Positions 33,261 through 45,750 of a stretch of 64,000 nt of DNA are shown one piece after another; the stretch's first letter is position 1; each line of letters opens with the position of its first letter. Made by a program: the position numbers and the translations under genes. The notes under the pieces were generated by a model. That model was not told where the DNA came from. It made no database searches and saw only the letters and a program-made list of their open reading frames with translations. The stretch spans positions 256,001 to 320,000 of the forward strand of contig CAVUQH010000003.1 of NCBI GenBank assembly GCA_963743525.1, written 5' to 3'. The DNA comes from an uncultured delta proteobacterium. GTDB taxonomy: Bacteria; Myxococcota_A; Polyangia; Haliangiales; Haliangiaceae.

Positions 33261-35924
33261 ATGAGGCTGTATCGCATCGGGCTGGCCGCGGCGCTGGCGC
33301 TGGTCCTGGCGTCCCCCGCCGCCGCCGAGCCGCCGGATGACTGCGGGCTCGAGCCGCCCGACGTGGCGCTGAAGGCGCCGCCGGTGCCGCACAAGCCGCG
33401 CGAGGTCGCCGGCCTCGGTGCCAGCGGGCTGCCGCTGGTGCGGCGGATGGCGCCGCCGGGCACCCGCCGCTACGGCACCGTCGGGCGGGCGCGCATGGGT
33501 GCGTTGTCGGGCAAGACCGTCTACGTCTCCGCCGGTCACGGCTTCACCTGGGTCGACAGCCTGAGCTCGTGGCACACCCAGCGCGGCAACACCCACGACA
33601 TCGTCGAGGATCTGGTGTCGACCGAGGTGGTCAGCCACTACCTGATCCACTACCTGCGCAACATGGGCGCCTACGTGGTGCCGGTGCGCGAGGCCGACTG
33701 GAGCTGGGACCTGTCGCTGGTCGACGACCGGTCGGCCGGCTTCGGCGTCGAGGGCGGGCTGACCATGGCCGACGGCCCGACCGGCTACGGTGTGGTGCCT
33801 CTACCGATCACCGACCAGACCAACCCGTTCGCCGCCGGCGGCTCGCGGCTGTTCGACGCCGTCGCCCAGCCGAGCGGCGCCGCGGTGTGGACCTTCGACG
33901 TGCCCGAGTCGGGCGCCTACAACGTCTACGTCGGCTGGGTGCAAGACCCGTCGCGCGCCAGCGATGCCCACTACGTGGTTCGCCACGCCGGCGGCGACAC
34001 CGAGTTCCGCGTCGACCAGCGCCGTCACGGCGGCACCTGGGTGCTGCTCGGCCGGTTCTGGTTCGAGGCCGGAATGTCGTCCGAGCACGGCGCGGTGGTG
34101 CTGATGAACGACTCGGCCGACGACGGCGCGACGCTGTCGGCCGACGTCGCGCGCATCGGCGGCGGCATGGGCGTCATCGATCGCGGCGGCGGCGTCAGCG
34201 GCCGGCCGATGTTCGAGAACTGCTCGCGCTACTACGCGCAGCTGGCCGGTGCGCCGCCCAGTGTCTACGACTACAGCACCACCGACGGCAACGACGACGT
34301 CGGCACCCGCTCGCGCTTCACCGCGTGGGACCACGAGGACGGCGAGGACGCGGTCTACATCGCCTGGCACACCAACGCGCCCAGCCCGGCGCGCGGCACC
34401 AGCTCGTTCGTCTACGGGCCGTCGAGCTACGGCCCGCTGTCCGACTTCACCGGCACCGCGGGATCCCTCGACCTGATCGGCTTCGTCCACGACGAGCTGG
34501 TCAACGACTTCCGCCAGGACTGGCAGGCCGACTGGCAGGACCGCGGCCAGCACAGCGCCTACTTCGGCGAGGTCAATCCCGCGAACAACCCGGAGACGCC
34601 GGCGGCGCTGTTCGAGATCGCCTTCCACGACACGCTGGAAGATGCCGACGCGCTGCGCGACCCGCGCTTCCGCAACATCGCCGCGCGGGCGATGGCCGAG
34701 GGCGTGGCCCGATACTTCGCCAAGGCCGACGGCAGCACGCTGGTGTTGCCGCCGGAGCCGCCGACGGCGCCCAGGGCAGTGGCCGAGGACGGCGCGATTC
34801 GCTTCTCGTGGGACGCGCCCGCGGCCGATCCGGCGGGCGGCGATCCGGCCGACGGTTACATCGTCTATCTGTCGCGCGACGGCAACGCGTTCGACGACGG
34901 CACCGCGGCCTCTGGCACCGAGCTGGTGGTCAACGCACCGGCCGACGGCGGCGCGGTCTACGCCCGGATCACCGCGACCAACGCCGGCGGCGAGTCGATG
35001 GCCAGCCGCGTGGTCGGCGCGCGCACCGGCGCCGCCGCAGCCGCGCAGGTGCTGGTGGTGGCCGCCTACGACCGGCTGGATGGCGGCATGCTGCTGCGCG
35101 AGGATCTGTCGGCCTACGATCTGGCGACGGTCGACCGCGGGTTGATCGAGCGGATCAACGACGGCAGCCACGTGGCCCGTTACGGCGCCGCGATCGACGC
35201 GGCCGAGGTCAGCTTCGACAGCGCCGACGGCGCGGCGGTGGCGGCGGGCGAGGTGGATCTGTCCGGCTATGCGCTGGTGATCTGGCAGCTCGGGCGCGAC
35301 GTCGCGGTGCCTTCGTCCGAGGTGCGCGCGGCGCTGGGCGACTACACCGCGGCCGGCGGCAAGCTGGTGGTCTTCGGCACCGACGTGGTCACGGCGCTGG
35401 CCGGTGACGGCAGCCCCGAGGCGGCGACCTTTCTGTCCGACGTGCTCCACGTCGAAGCCGCCGCGGATGACGCGGCGACCTTCGGCCTGGCGGCCGAGAG
35501 CGGCGGGCTGTTCGACGGCCTGGCGCCGCTGTCGTTCGACGACGACGGGCCGGGCGGCTTTCGCGCCGAGTCTCCCGACGCGCTGGTGCCGGCTGCCGGC
35601 GGGGCCGCGGCGCTGCGCTACGACGGCGGTGACGTGGCCGCGGCGGTCTGGCGCGACGGCGACCAGGCGCTGGGCACGCTGGTCGCCGGGTTCCCCTTCG
35701 AGACCATCACCGGCGCCGATCGGCGGGCCGAGGTGATGGCGCGGATCCTGGCCGGCTTCGACATTCCGCCGGATCCGCTGGGCGGCGACGGCGGCGGTGG
35801 CGGCAACGGCGACGACGTGGCCGGCGGCTGCTGCGACGGCGGCGGCGGCTCGGGGCTGCCGGGTGCGGCCGCGCTGGCGCTGCTGGTGCTGGCGGCGGTG
35901 GTCTGGCGTCGGCGCACCGCTTGA
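33261..35924 (+). CDS. N-acetylmuramoyl-L-alanine amidase (Amidase_3-like) with golvesin-like insert, FN3 domain and MYXO-CTERM-like tail
   Basis: [58 protein letters not shown]; tail GGCCDGGGG...[12 protein letters not shown]. Confidence 0.82.
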   Translation: MRLYRIGLAAALALVLASPAAAEPPDDCGLEPPDVALKAPPVPHKPREVAGLGASGLPLVRRMAPPGTRRYGTVGRARMGALSGKTVYVSAGHGFTWVDSLSSWHTQRGNTHDIVEDLVSTEVVSHYLIHYLRNMGAYVVPVREADWSWDLSLVDDRSAGFGVEGGLTMADGPTGYGVVPLPITDQTNPFAAGGSRLFDAVAQPSGAAVWTFDVPESGAYNVYVGWVQDPSRASDAHYVVRHAGGDTEFRVDQRRHGGTWVLLGRFWFEAGMSSEHGAVVLMNDSADDGATLSADVARIGGGMGVIDRGGGVSGRPMFENCSRYYAQLAGAPPSVYDYSTTDGNDDVGTRSRFTAWDHEDGEDAVYIAWHTNAPSPARGTSSFVYGPSSYGPLSDFTGTAGSLDLIGFVHDELVNDFRQDWQADWQDRGQHSAYFGEVNPANNPETPAALFEIAFHDTLEDADALRDPRFRNIAARAMAEGVARYFAKADGSTLVLPPEPPTAPRAVAEDGAIRFSWDAPAADPAGGDPADGYIVYLSRDGNAFDDGTAASGTELVVNAPADGGAVYARITATNAGGESMASRVVGARTGAAAAAQVLVVAAYDRLDGGMLLREDLSAYDLATVDRGLIERINDGSHVARYGAAIDAAEVSFDSADGAAVAAGEVDLSGYALVIWQLGRDVAVPSSEVRAALGDYTAAGGKLVVFGTDVVTALAGDGSPEAATFLSDVLHVEAAADDAATFGLAAESGGLFDGLAPLSFDDDGPGGFRAESPDALVPAAGGAAALRYDGGDVAAAVWRDGDQALGTLVAGFPFETITGADRRAEVMARILAGFDIPPDPLGGDGGGGGNGDDVAGGCCDGGGGSGLPGAAALALLVLAAVVWRRRTA

Positions 35925-35958
35925 CTCGCCCGGGTCGCGCGCCGAAACTCGCGAGCCG

Positions 35959-36585
<627 letters not shown>

Positions 36586-36598
36586 CGCCGCGCCTGCG

Positions 36599-37399
36599 CT
36601 AGAAGCCGTCGATGCGGATCCACGGCCCGGCGGTAAACGGGAACGCCAGGTCGTAGTGGACGTGAGCCACGTACCAGAGGGTCACGTCCTTGTCGTCGAG
36701 CGACTCGTTGCCGACGTAGGCGGCGGGGAAGGTCTGGCCGCCGCTCTCGCTGTGCGGTGAGGTCGGCGGCCACTCGCCGTCGTGGTAGCGGATGGCGTAG
36801 AGCTCGGCATCTTCCCAGTGGTGGGGGCGGATGTTGAGCGACGCGCCGGAGCCGAAGTCGATCTGCCGCCAGGCGGCGCCGCCCTCGTCACCCTCGCCGG
36901 TGAACGGGAACCAGCCCTCTTCGCCGACCCGCTGCCAGCGGCCGTCGTCGAACCGCTCGAGGGCATCGCCGGGGGCGCCGTCGAGATCGAAGTCGAAGCG
37001 CCAGTGCGGGTGATAGGTGTGGGCGTCGTGCACGCCGGGGCCGTGGATGGTCAGCCACGGGGCCAGGCGGCCGTCGCTGTGGAAGCGCCACATCTGGGTG
37101 TAGGCGAACGGCCCGGCGGCGAAGTCGACGGCCAGCTCGAAGCCGCCGCGGAAGTCGTCGACGCGGACCGGGCCGGCCTGGGTGCCGGCGCCCAGCGGCA
37201 CCCAGAAGGGACCGTGACCCTGGTTGTCGCCCTCGTCCAGGGTCAGGCTCTCGACCTGATGATCGATGGTCACGTACGGCAGCGACGCGTCCCACAGGAT
37301 GCGGCGACCCTTGTAGTCGGCCAGGTAGATCATGAGCCCGGCCGACTCGGTCATCTTCCAGTGGACGTTCCAGCTCGCGCGGTTGATGGCGTTGCTCAT
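36599..37399 (-). CDS. Copper amine oxidase catalytic-domain-like protein (degenerate)
   Basis: YKGRRILWDASL, YTQMWRFHSDG, HTYHPHWRFDFDLDG and NESLDDKDVTLWY resemble CAO enzyme-domain motifs. Confidence 0.65.
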   Translation of the reverse strand: MSNAINRASWNVHWKMTESAGLMIYLADYKGRRILWDASLPYVTIDHQVESLTLDEGDNQGHGPFWVPLGAGTQAGPVRVDDFRGGFELAVDFAAGPFAYTQMWRFHSDGRLAPWLTIHGPGVHDAHTYHPHWRFDFDLDGAPGDALERFDDGRWQRVGEEGWFPFTGEGDEGGAAWRQIDFGSGASLNIRPHHWEDAELYAIRYHDGEWPPTSPHSESGGQTFPAAYVGNESLDDKDVTLWYVAHVHYDLAFPFTAGPWIRIDGF

Positions 37400-37403
37400 G
37401 GGA

Positions 37404-38264
37404 TCACCAGCTGGCGGCGGGGGTGACTTCGGTGACGTGGCCGTCGAGCAGGTCGACGACGGCGATGAGGGACGGGCGCTCGCCCGGGCGGCCGAACAGC
37501 ACCGCCGCCGAGCGGCGGGTGTAGGCCAGGTCGGTGTCGCGGTCGCTCCAGTAGTGCATGGCCAGGAGCGGCTCGTCCGACAGCGACAGCCCGGCCTTGA
37601 CCCGGTCGTCGGCCTGGGCGATGGCCACCGCGGCGGCTTCCTCTTCGCGGCACAGCATCGGCTGGGCGCGCGAGGTGCGCAGGTGGGCGACGCCGCCGGC
37701 GTCGAGATCGACGCACGCCTCGACGCAGCGATCGCCGGAGTAGTCGTAGATCACCACGCGCGCCAGGCGGTGGCCGGACAGCGGCTCGGGCGGCTTGACC
37801 GTCATCGGCTCGACCGAGATGACGCGGTAGCGACCGACCTTGGCCATCGGTGAGATCCGCTTGTCCTCGGTGAGCGTGCGCAGGGCATCGGCGCGCTCGC
37901 CGGCGGTGAGCGGGTTGAACAGCGACGCATCGCCTGGCGCGCTGTTCTTGCGGCCGGCCGGCACGCGGCGCCGGGTGATGGTGCTGCCGCGCAGCGGCTT
38001 GGCGGCACGCGTTGCCTTGCGAGCCGCGGCGCGCGCGGTGCGGGCGCGCGTGGCGCTGGCGCGTGCGACAGCCCGCGCGGCGGTTTTCTTGGCCGCTTTC
38101 TGCGCTTTTTCCTGCGCCTTCTTCGCAGTCTTGGCCGCGGCGTCCTTCTTCTTCGCCGCCGCCGTCGCCTTGGTGGCCGCTTTCGCGGCCTTGCTGGCCG
38201 CTTTCGCAGACTTCTTGGCGCCGCCGCCCTTGCGGGCTGGCGCGGACCTCTTCGCCCTTGCCAT
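37404..38264 (-). CDS. Lys/Ala-rich (histone H1-like) tail fused to copper amine oxidase N2/N3-like domains
   Basis: ~100 aa of AAK/KKA repeats, then FNPLTAGERADAL, RLARVVIYD...VEACVDL, QPMLCREEEAAAVAIAQADDRV. Confidence 0.65.
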   Translation of the reverse strand: MARAKRSAPARKGGGAKKSAKAASKAAKAATKATAAAKKKDAAAKTAKKAQEKAQKAAKKTAARAVARASATRARTARAAARKATRAAKPLRGSTITRRRVPAGRKNSAPGDASLFNPLTAGERADALRTLTEDKRISPMAKVGRYRVISVEPMTVKPPEPLSGHRLARVVIYDYSGDRCVEACVDLDAGGVAHLRTSRAQPMLCREEEAAAVAIAQADDRVKAGLSLSDEPLLAMHYWSDRDTDLAYTRRSAAVLFGRPGERPSLIAVVDLLDGHVTEVTPAASW

Positions 38265-38364
38265 GGCCGGCACTATACACGTGGCGGATGACGAGCACAC
38301 CACCGTAACCCCCCGATCTCTGGACCCACCGGCCGTAGATCGAACAGCGCCGCCGCGCGTTTCC

Positions 38365-39399
<1,035 letters not shown>

Positions 39400-39420
39400 G
39401 GTACCGTTTCCACCCTACAA

Positions 39421-39448
39421 CCCATCGAAACCAATTGGTTTCGATGGG
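39421..39448. repeat. Perfect 28-bp palindrome between convergent genes (possible bidirectional terminator or protein-binding site)
   Basis: CCCATCGAAACCAA|TTGGTTTCGATGGG. Confidence 0.75.
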
Positions 39449-39490
39449 GTTCTGCCAAGCGCTCCAATCCCCCGGGTCGGAGCGCTTTTG

Positions 39491-41389
39491 TCATTCCTCG
39501 TTGGGGCAGTCGTCGAACGGGTTCTTGAGGTCGCGCACGCAATGTTTGATGCGCGACATCTGGCACAGGTAGACCTCGGTGACCCCGTCGAAGCTGACGT
39601 CCACGGTGCCGGCCTTGTGGCCGGGCAGGCGGCAGGTGACCGTGAGCTTGGTCCCCGACGGGCGGGTCAGGTAGACGTCGCCGGTGCCCGAATAGGTGGT
39701 GCCGATGTACAGCGCCGCGCCCTCCGGCTTGGTGATGATCTGCACCTTGCGCGGGCCGCCGAGGTGGGGCGGCTGGGGCGGGCGCGGGGGATGACGGTGA
39801 TTGCCGTCGGTGTGCGGCGGGCGCGGGCCGATGGGCGCCGCCGCGGCGTCGATGTCGGCTTCGGCGAGCTCGGCGCTTGCGTCGGTGGGCGTCTCGGCCA
39901 CCGCAGCATCGGCGATCACCTCGGCCAGCAGTCCGGCGTCGGCCGGGAGATCGGCAGCCGGCTGGCTCTGGCCGCGGGTCAGCATGTACGCGGCGGCGCC
40001 ACCGCCGCCGAGCAGCAGCAGCACGACCAGCGCGATCGGCCACCGCGACGGACCCGGCCCGAGGTCCTCGTCCTCGTCGAGATCCAGCGGCAGCTTGCCC
40101 GCGCCGACGAACGCCGGATCGCCCTTGGACGGCTTGCGCGGCCGCCGGGGCCCGCTCTTCTCGGCCGCGGTCAGCGGATCCTCGAGGGTGTCGCGCGATT
40201 CCTGCATCGTCTCGCGACTGGCGGCGCCGCCCTGCGGCATCGTCGGTACCGCGTCCGCGCCCGGCGGCAGCGGGATCAGCGTGCGCTCGTCGGCCGCGGC
40301 GACCTGACCGGTGCTGGGCGACAGCGGCTGGGCCAGCGGCACGCCGTCGGCGACCCGCTCGAGATCGGCCAGGAACTCGGCCATGGTCGAGTAGCGCTCT
40401 TCCCGCTTCTTGGCCAGCGCGGTCATGATGACCCGCTCGAGGTCGGCCGAGATGTCGGCCTTGGGGTTGGCCTTGCGCGGCGGCACGATCGGGTCGAGCA
40501 TCTGCATCGCCAGCGTGCGCACGGTGCTCTGCCCCTTGTGCGGCACCCGGCCGACCAGCATCTCGTACAGGATGGTGCCCAGGGCGTAGATGTCGACCCG
40601 GCGATCGGTGTCGCCGCGGCCGGCCGCCTGCTCGGGTGCCATGTACTCGGGGGTGCCGAACACCGAGCCGGCGCGGGTGAGCCGCGGACCGTCGCGGGTC
40701 TGTCCCTCGATCGGCATCACCTTGGCGATGCCGAAGTCGACGATCTTGACGAAGTCCTTGCGCCCATCGCGGGCGATGACGAAGACGTTCTCGGGCTTGA
40801 GATCGCGGTGGACGATGCCCTTGTCGTGGGCCGCGCCCAGCGCCTTGGCCAGCTGCGCGACGATCGGCAGCGCCCGCGACGCCGGCATCGGCCCCTCGGC
40901 CTTGATCACCGCGCTGAGGGTCTTGCCCTCGACGAACTCCATCACCGAGTAGGTCATGCCGTCCGGCGTGGTGCCGAAGTCGGTGACGTCGACGATGTTG
41001 GGGTGGCCGATGCGCGAGGCCGCCTTGGCCTCCTGGACGAAGCGTTTGACCACGCTGTGATCGCGCGCCACCTCGCGCTTGAGCACCTTGATGGCGACCG
41101 GCTTCTCGATGATGGTGTGGCGGCCGAGGAAGACCACACCCATGCCGCCCTCGCCGAGCTTCTTCTCGATCCGGTAGCGGCCCTCCAGGGTGGTGCCGAC
41201 CAGCTTGTCGTACTCGGCCCTGGCGTCCTGGACGCGCAGCGCCGCCAGCGCATCCAGCCCCTCTTCTTTGGCCGAAATCGCGCGAATCCGGGGGCTGGTG
41301 GGCGTCCCCGGCTCGAGGGTCACGCCGTCATACGGGCAGAATCCCTCGTCGGTCTCGAAGACCTGGTTGCACTTCGGGCAGTAAGCCAC
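39491..41389 (-). CDS. Membrane Ser/Thr protein kinase with N-terminal zinc ribbon and PEGA-like C-terminus
   Basis: CPKC...CPYD, GEGGMGVV, VAIKVL, HRDLKPEN, DFG, GTPEYMAPE, TM helix, ITKPEGAALYIG. Confidence 0.92.
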   Translation of the reverse strand: MAYCPKCNQVFETDEGFCPYDGVTLEPGTPTSPRIRAISAKEEGLDALAALRVQDARAEYDKLVGTTLEGRYRIEKKLGEGGMGVVFLGRHTIIEKPVAIKVLKREVARDHSVVKRFVQEAKAASRIGHPNIVDVTDFGTTPDGMTYSVMEFVEGKTLSAVIKAEGPMPASRALPIVAQLAKALGAAHDKGIVHRDLKPENVFVIARDGRKDFVKIVDFGIAKVMPIEGQTRDGPRLTRAGSVFGTPEYMAPEQAAGRGDTDRRVDIYALGTILYEMLVGRVPHKGQSTVRTLAMQMLDPIVPPRKANPKADISADLERVIMTALAKKREERYSTMAEFLADLERVADGVPLAQPLSPSTGQVAAADERTLIPLPPGADAVPTMPQGGAASRETMQESRDTLEDPLTAAEKSGPRRPRKPSKGDPAFVGAGKLPLDLDEDEDLGPGPSRWPIALVVLLLLGGGGAAAYMLTRGQSQPAADLPADAGLLAEVIADAAVAETPTDASAELAEADIDAAAAPIGPRPPHTDGNHRHPPRPPQPPHLGGPRKVQIITKPEGAALYIGTTYSGTGDVYLTRPSGTKLTVTCRLPGHKAGTVDVSFDGVTEVYLCQMSRIKHCVRDLKNPFDDCPNEE

Positions 41390-41505
41390 CGACTGGCTCG
41401 AACCGTACCATTGATGCGCGAGCGAGGGCACCCTCCCGGCGATTTCCCAGTGCTCGCGCGGGGCCCCCGCGGTATAAGCCCCGAGTCCGCCGAACCCGAG
41501 GGAGC

Positions 41506-42954
41506 ATGCCCGGTACGCCCGAATCCGAAGCCATGCAGCCAGGTCCGTTGGCCGGCCGCGTCCGACTGCTGTTCTGGATCACAGCTGCGTACACCGGCAT
41601 CTGCCTGCTGCGCAGCCTCCTGGTCCATCAGGCGTTCGCGACTCTCGGCAGCGCTCCAACCGTCGCCGACTACGACGATCTGACCCACCGGATCGAGCTC
41701 TACCAGAAGCTGTTCTCGCCGCTGATGGTGGTCTGTCTGGGTCTCTTTGCCGTCTGCGCGCTGTCGTGCGCGCGCTCGCGCGGGCGCGGTCTATTCATCG
41801 CCTCGGCGGCGGCCGCGTTATCGGCTGCAGCGTCGAGCGCGGTGCTGTGGATCGTTCCCCTCGCCCATGGGCACGTCTTCACCGGCACCATGCGCGCGGC
41901 GTCGATCGTGTTCAGCGTCGCCGAGCCGGCGGCGCTGGGGCTGGCGATGGGCGCTCTGGTGATGATCCTCGTCCAGCGCGGCCAGCGCGGCATGGCCGGG
42001 TTGCTGTGGGCGGCGATGCCGTTCGTCGCCGCGCCGATCCTGTTCTACCTGGCGCAGATGTACGGCAAGCCGCGGATCGAGAGCCCGTGGCTGTCGTTCT
42101 TCCTCGGCACCGGTCTGTGGTCGATCGGTGCCGCGTGGTTGCTCTACTTCGCCGCTCGGACTCGCGGCGTGCTGCGAGGCATGCCGGCCGAGACCGCAGC
42201 GGAGCCGATCGACCTCGAGCATCTGGGGCCGGGTTGGCTGCCCGCGGCCAACGGCCTGCGCCTGTACGCCGACGCGCTGGCGTGGCGCCTGGGCATCACC
42301 GTGTTCGGCTACGTCATGTTGCTGATGGGCGCGCTCGGGCGCTCGCGCGGGATGCTGCAGCTGGTCGGCTGGGTGTTGCCGCTGGCCGCGGTGGTCACCG
42401 GCATCGCCATGATCGTCGGCGTCTATCGGTTTGCCCAGCAGCCGGCGCACAGCCCGGCGCGATCGCCGGCGTGGGTCGCGTTCGTCGCGATGGTTTGCGC
42501 CAGCGTGACCGACTTCGCCGGCCTGGTCCTCAGCCTCCAGGTCCTCAGCGCGGACCAGCACAACTACGCGGCGATGCGCCACGCGATGGACAACGCCGAG
42601 ACCGCGCAGACGCTGTCGGTGTGGGCGATGGCGGTCGGCTTCGTCGGGCTGCTGTCGCTGCTGGTCGCCTTCGGCAAGCTGGCCCAATACCTCGGTCCGA
42701 CGCGGCTGTTCGGCCGGGTGGTCGGCGTCGCCAGCGCCATCCTCATAGTCGCGCTGGTCGTGGTCGGCTTCCGCCTGGCCATCTCGAGCAGCAGGCTGCT
42801 GACGTTCGGGACCGGCGTCGGCCTCGCCGTGCTGATCGCGGGCTTCGCGCTGATCACGGTCATCGCCTACATCAGCCTGGCCCGGGCGGTCGAGGGCAGC
42901 ATCCGCGAGCGCCTGGGTGACGCCCAGGCGCTGCCGCCGGCGCGAGTGATCTAG
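41506..42954 (+). CDS. Polytopic membrane protein of unknown function
   Basis: Many hydrophobic helices across 482 aa. Confidence 0.75.
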   Translation: MPGTPESEAMQPGPLAGRVRLLFWITAAYTGICLLRSLLVHQAFATLGSAPTVADYDDLTHRIELYQKLFSPLMVVCLGLFAVCALSCARSRGRGLFIASAAAALSAAASSAVLWIVPLAHGHVFTGTMRAASIVFSVAEPAALGLAMGALVMILVQRGQRGMAGLLWAAMPFVAAPILFYLAQMYGKPRIESPWLSFFLGTGLWSIGAAWLLYFAARTRGVLRGMPAETAAEPIDLEHLGPGWLPAANGLRLYADALAWRLGITVFGYVMLLMGALGRSRGMLQLVGWVLPLAAVVTGIAMIVGVYRFAQQPAHSPARSPAWVAFVAMVCASVTDFAGLVLSLQVLSADQHNYAAMRHAMDNAETAQTLSVWAMAVGFVGLLSLLVAFGKLAQYLGPTRLFGRVVGVASAILIVALVVVGFRLAISSSRLLTFGTGVGLAVLIAGFALITVIAYISLARAVEGSIRERLGDAQALPPARVI

Positions 42955-42981
42955 TGTCGTATCCGGCCTCGTGCCGGGCGG

Positions 42982-44299
42982 CTACTTGCGGACGTCGTCG
43001 GAGAGCTGCGTGCGGAAGTAGGTGAACACTTCGTTGCGCGCCGCCACCGCGAGCACGGTGCCGGTGCCGTCGAAGGTACCTACCGCCAGGCTGCGGCCGA
43101 AGTTCTGATCGCCCTGCGGGCTGGCGTCGCCCAGCGTGTACTGGGTGCCGAAGTTGCCGTCCGACGGGATGATGTAGGCGCGGCCGGCGTTCTTGGAGCC
43201 GTCCACCGTGATCGCCGTGTCGCCCACGACCAGCTCGTCGGCGCCGTCGCCGTCGAAGTCGCCGGCAGCCAGGGTCTCGCCGAACTTGCCCGAGCCCGAC
43301 GGTCCGTCGATCTCGACCGGCGCGCCCGGGGTGCCGCCGGCGAAGTTGACGTTCATGTAGACGTAGACCTTGTTCGCCGACGGCGCGCTGACGGCGATGT
43401 CGAGACCGTTGCCGCCGTCGAAGTCGGCGACCACGAGCGCGGCGCCGAAGTCGGGCTCGCTGCCCGGCGCGCTGAGCTCGCCCAGCGCGGTGCGGCCGTT
43501 GGCCACGCAGCTCTGGTCGGTCTGGTCGGCAGCCGCCGCGCTGACCGTGGCGCCGTCGAGGACGGTGACGATCGACGGCGCGCCGTCCTGGTTGGCGTTG
43601 CCCATGCTGACGACGATCTCGCTCTCGGCGCTGGCCGAGTCGACGTCGGCCACGGCCACGGCGTAGGCGCGATCTTGCGCCACCGTGCAGGTCTCCACGG
43701 TGCGCGAGTTGGCGTCGAGCTCGTAGGCCGAGACCACGGTGATCTCCTGGCCGCTGGTGGCGATCAGGTTGACCATGCCGCTGTTGTCGGGGTTGTTGAC
43801 CGGACCGAAGCCGAGCGCGTCGACCGCCGAGGTGCCGACCGGAATGCTGCGGAACAGCGACGGGCCTTCGGGCCGGTAGACCAGCACGCGTCCGCTGGTG
43901 CCACCGGCTTCGCCCAGGCCGATGCCGACGGCGCCCTCGGTTGAACATCTCGTCGCCGGCCAGCGGCGGGCGCACGGGCAGCGGATCCGGGTTGGTCGCG
44001 CCGCCGCCGCCTTCGATGCTCTCGCCACCGCCAGTCAGCTTGCCGGCGCTGTCGTACTGGATCATGGCCACGCCGTCGGGGCGCTCGCTGGTGGCGAGGA
44101 ACTTCACGCCGCTGGCGCTGGTGCCGCTGAAGGCGACCCCGGTGCCGTAGTTGCCGGCGTTGAGCGCGCCGGGCGAGGCGCTCGAGCCTGCCCACGCCTG
44201 GTCGGCCAGGTCGTCGAAGGTGCGCCAGTCGCAGGCGCCGGCGGCGAGCGCCAGCGCCGCAGCGCCGACGAGGGACGGAATCGTGCGCAGGGCGTTCAC
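42982..44299 (-). CDS. FG-GAP (integrin-alpha) repeat lipoprotein; +1 frameshift near 43940
   Basis: Lipobox LAAGAC; FGAALVVADFDGGNGLDIAVSAP, FGETLAAGDFDGDGADELVVG, FGRSLAVG. Confidence 0.8.
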
Positions 44300-45750
44300 C
44301 AGCTCACCTCCATGCCCAGGCCAGCATAGGTGGGCGAGATCTGCGGCTCGATGGCGACCGCGCGGACGTCGATGGAGCCGGTGGACGGACGGCCCTTGTC
44401 GCGGAAGGTGTAGTAGATCGCGGTCAGCGCGGTGACGCCGGCTAACGCGTAGGCGGCGTCGGCGCCGATGGCGAACAACTTGCCGCGGGTGAACCGCGGG
44501 TCCTTCGAGTCCGGCGGCACCGCGCCCATGTTGTTGTTGATGTCCTTGTCCAGCTCGTTCTGGATGTTCTTGGCCTGCAGCCCCAGGTAGATGCCGCCGC
44601 CGAGGAAGACGCCGGTGAAGACGTAGGCCCAGACCGCGTCAGCGCGCCCCGGCTCCTTGGCCAGCGACGGGCGGAGAATGATCTCGGTCTTGGCCTGGAC
44701 GTCCAGGTTGCGGGTATAGGTCTTGTAGCCCGGGCGCTTGATCTTGACCGTGTGCGAGCCCTCGGGGATCGCCTTGCGACAGGGGCCGCGCTCGCACAGC
44801 ACCTTGCCGTTGACGTAGATGGCGGAGCGGTCGATGCCGGGGCCGCGCAGGTTGAGCCAGCCGACCGGCGTGCCCTCGATCTTGGCGTCAACCGTGTGGG
44901 TTTCGCCGGGGATGATGTTTACGTCGGTCTCGTACTCGTTGTAGCCCTCGGTGGTGACCCAGATCTTGTGCTTGCCCGGCTTGATGTTGCCGCTGTACGG
45001 GGTCTTGGCGAAGACGCCGACCGCCTTGTCGTCGATGTAGATGTTGGCGCCGGGGATGTTCGACTTGATCTCGATCCAGCCCAGGTAGTCCTGCTCGGCC
45101 AGCGAGAAGACCAGCGCGAAGATGGTGTTGGGGTCGGGGGTGAACCGGCGCTCGACCGGCTTGTAGCCCTTCTTCTCGATGTAGATCGTGTGCTCGCCCT
45201 CGAGGGTGCCGTTCCACGGCGTCTTCGACAGCGGCTTGTTCTTCTTGGAGTCGAGGTAGATCAGCGCATTGGCCGGGTCGGACTCGATGACCACCAGGCC
45301 GCGGATCTTGACGTCGCCGAGCGCCTTGACCGCCTCGGACGGCGCGACCTCGGGCTTGGGCGCGTTGGGGTCGGTCGCCGGCGGGGGAGGCGCCGCCTTG
45401 AGCCGCGCGGCTTCCTTCTTGAGCACCTCGATGCGCTTTTGCACCGCGTCCTTGTCGGTCGCCGACGGATCGTCGGAGATGTAGCGGCTGTAGTACTCGA
45501 CCGCCTTGTCGTACTGCTGCAGCTTCTCGTAGCAGGCGCCGATGTTGAACAGGAACTGCGCGAACGGCCGCTCGGCATAGGCGGCGTCGAACTCGGCGGC
45601 GGCGTCGGTGTACTTGCCACCGGCGTACAGCTCTTGCGCCTTGTCGAAGTGCTCGCGGGCCCGCGTCAGCGTGTCGTCGGCGCGTGCCGTGGCGCCGACA
45701 GCGAGCCCCCCGAGCACGATTGAAACAACGAGAAGTAGGCGTAGTTTCAT
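44296..45750 (-). CDS. TPR plus PEGA-domain protein with C-terminal membrane segments
   Basis: Signal peptide; AREHFDKAQELY...LFNIGACYEKL TPR; repeated IESDPANALIYLD and IKSNIPGANIYIDD PEGA units. Confidence 0.85.
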   Translation of the reverse strand: MKLRLLLVVSIVLGGLAVGATARADDTLTRAREHFDKAQELYAGGKYTDAAAEFDAAYAERPFAQFLFNIGACYEKLQQYDKAVEYYSRYISDDPSATDKDAVQKRIEVLKKEAARLKAAPPPPATDPNAPKPEVAPSEAVKALGDVKIRGLVVIESDPANALIYLDSKKNKPLSKTPWNGTLEGEHTIYIEKKGYKPVERRFTPDPNTIFALVFSLAEQDYLGWIEIKSNIPGANIYIDDKAVGVFAKTPYSGNIKPGKHKIWVTTEGYNEYETDVNIIPGETHTVDAKIEGTPVGWLNLRGPGIDRSAIYVNGKVLCERGPCRKAIPEGSHTVKIKRPGYKTYTRNLDVQAKTEIILRPSLAKEPGRADAVWAYVFTGVFLGGGIYLGLQAKNIQNELDKDINNNMGAVPPDSKDPRFTRGKLFAIGADAAYALAGVTALTAIYYTFRDKGRPSTGSIDVRAVAIEPQISPTYAGLGMEVSW

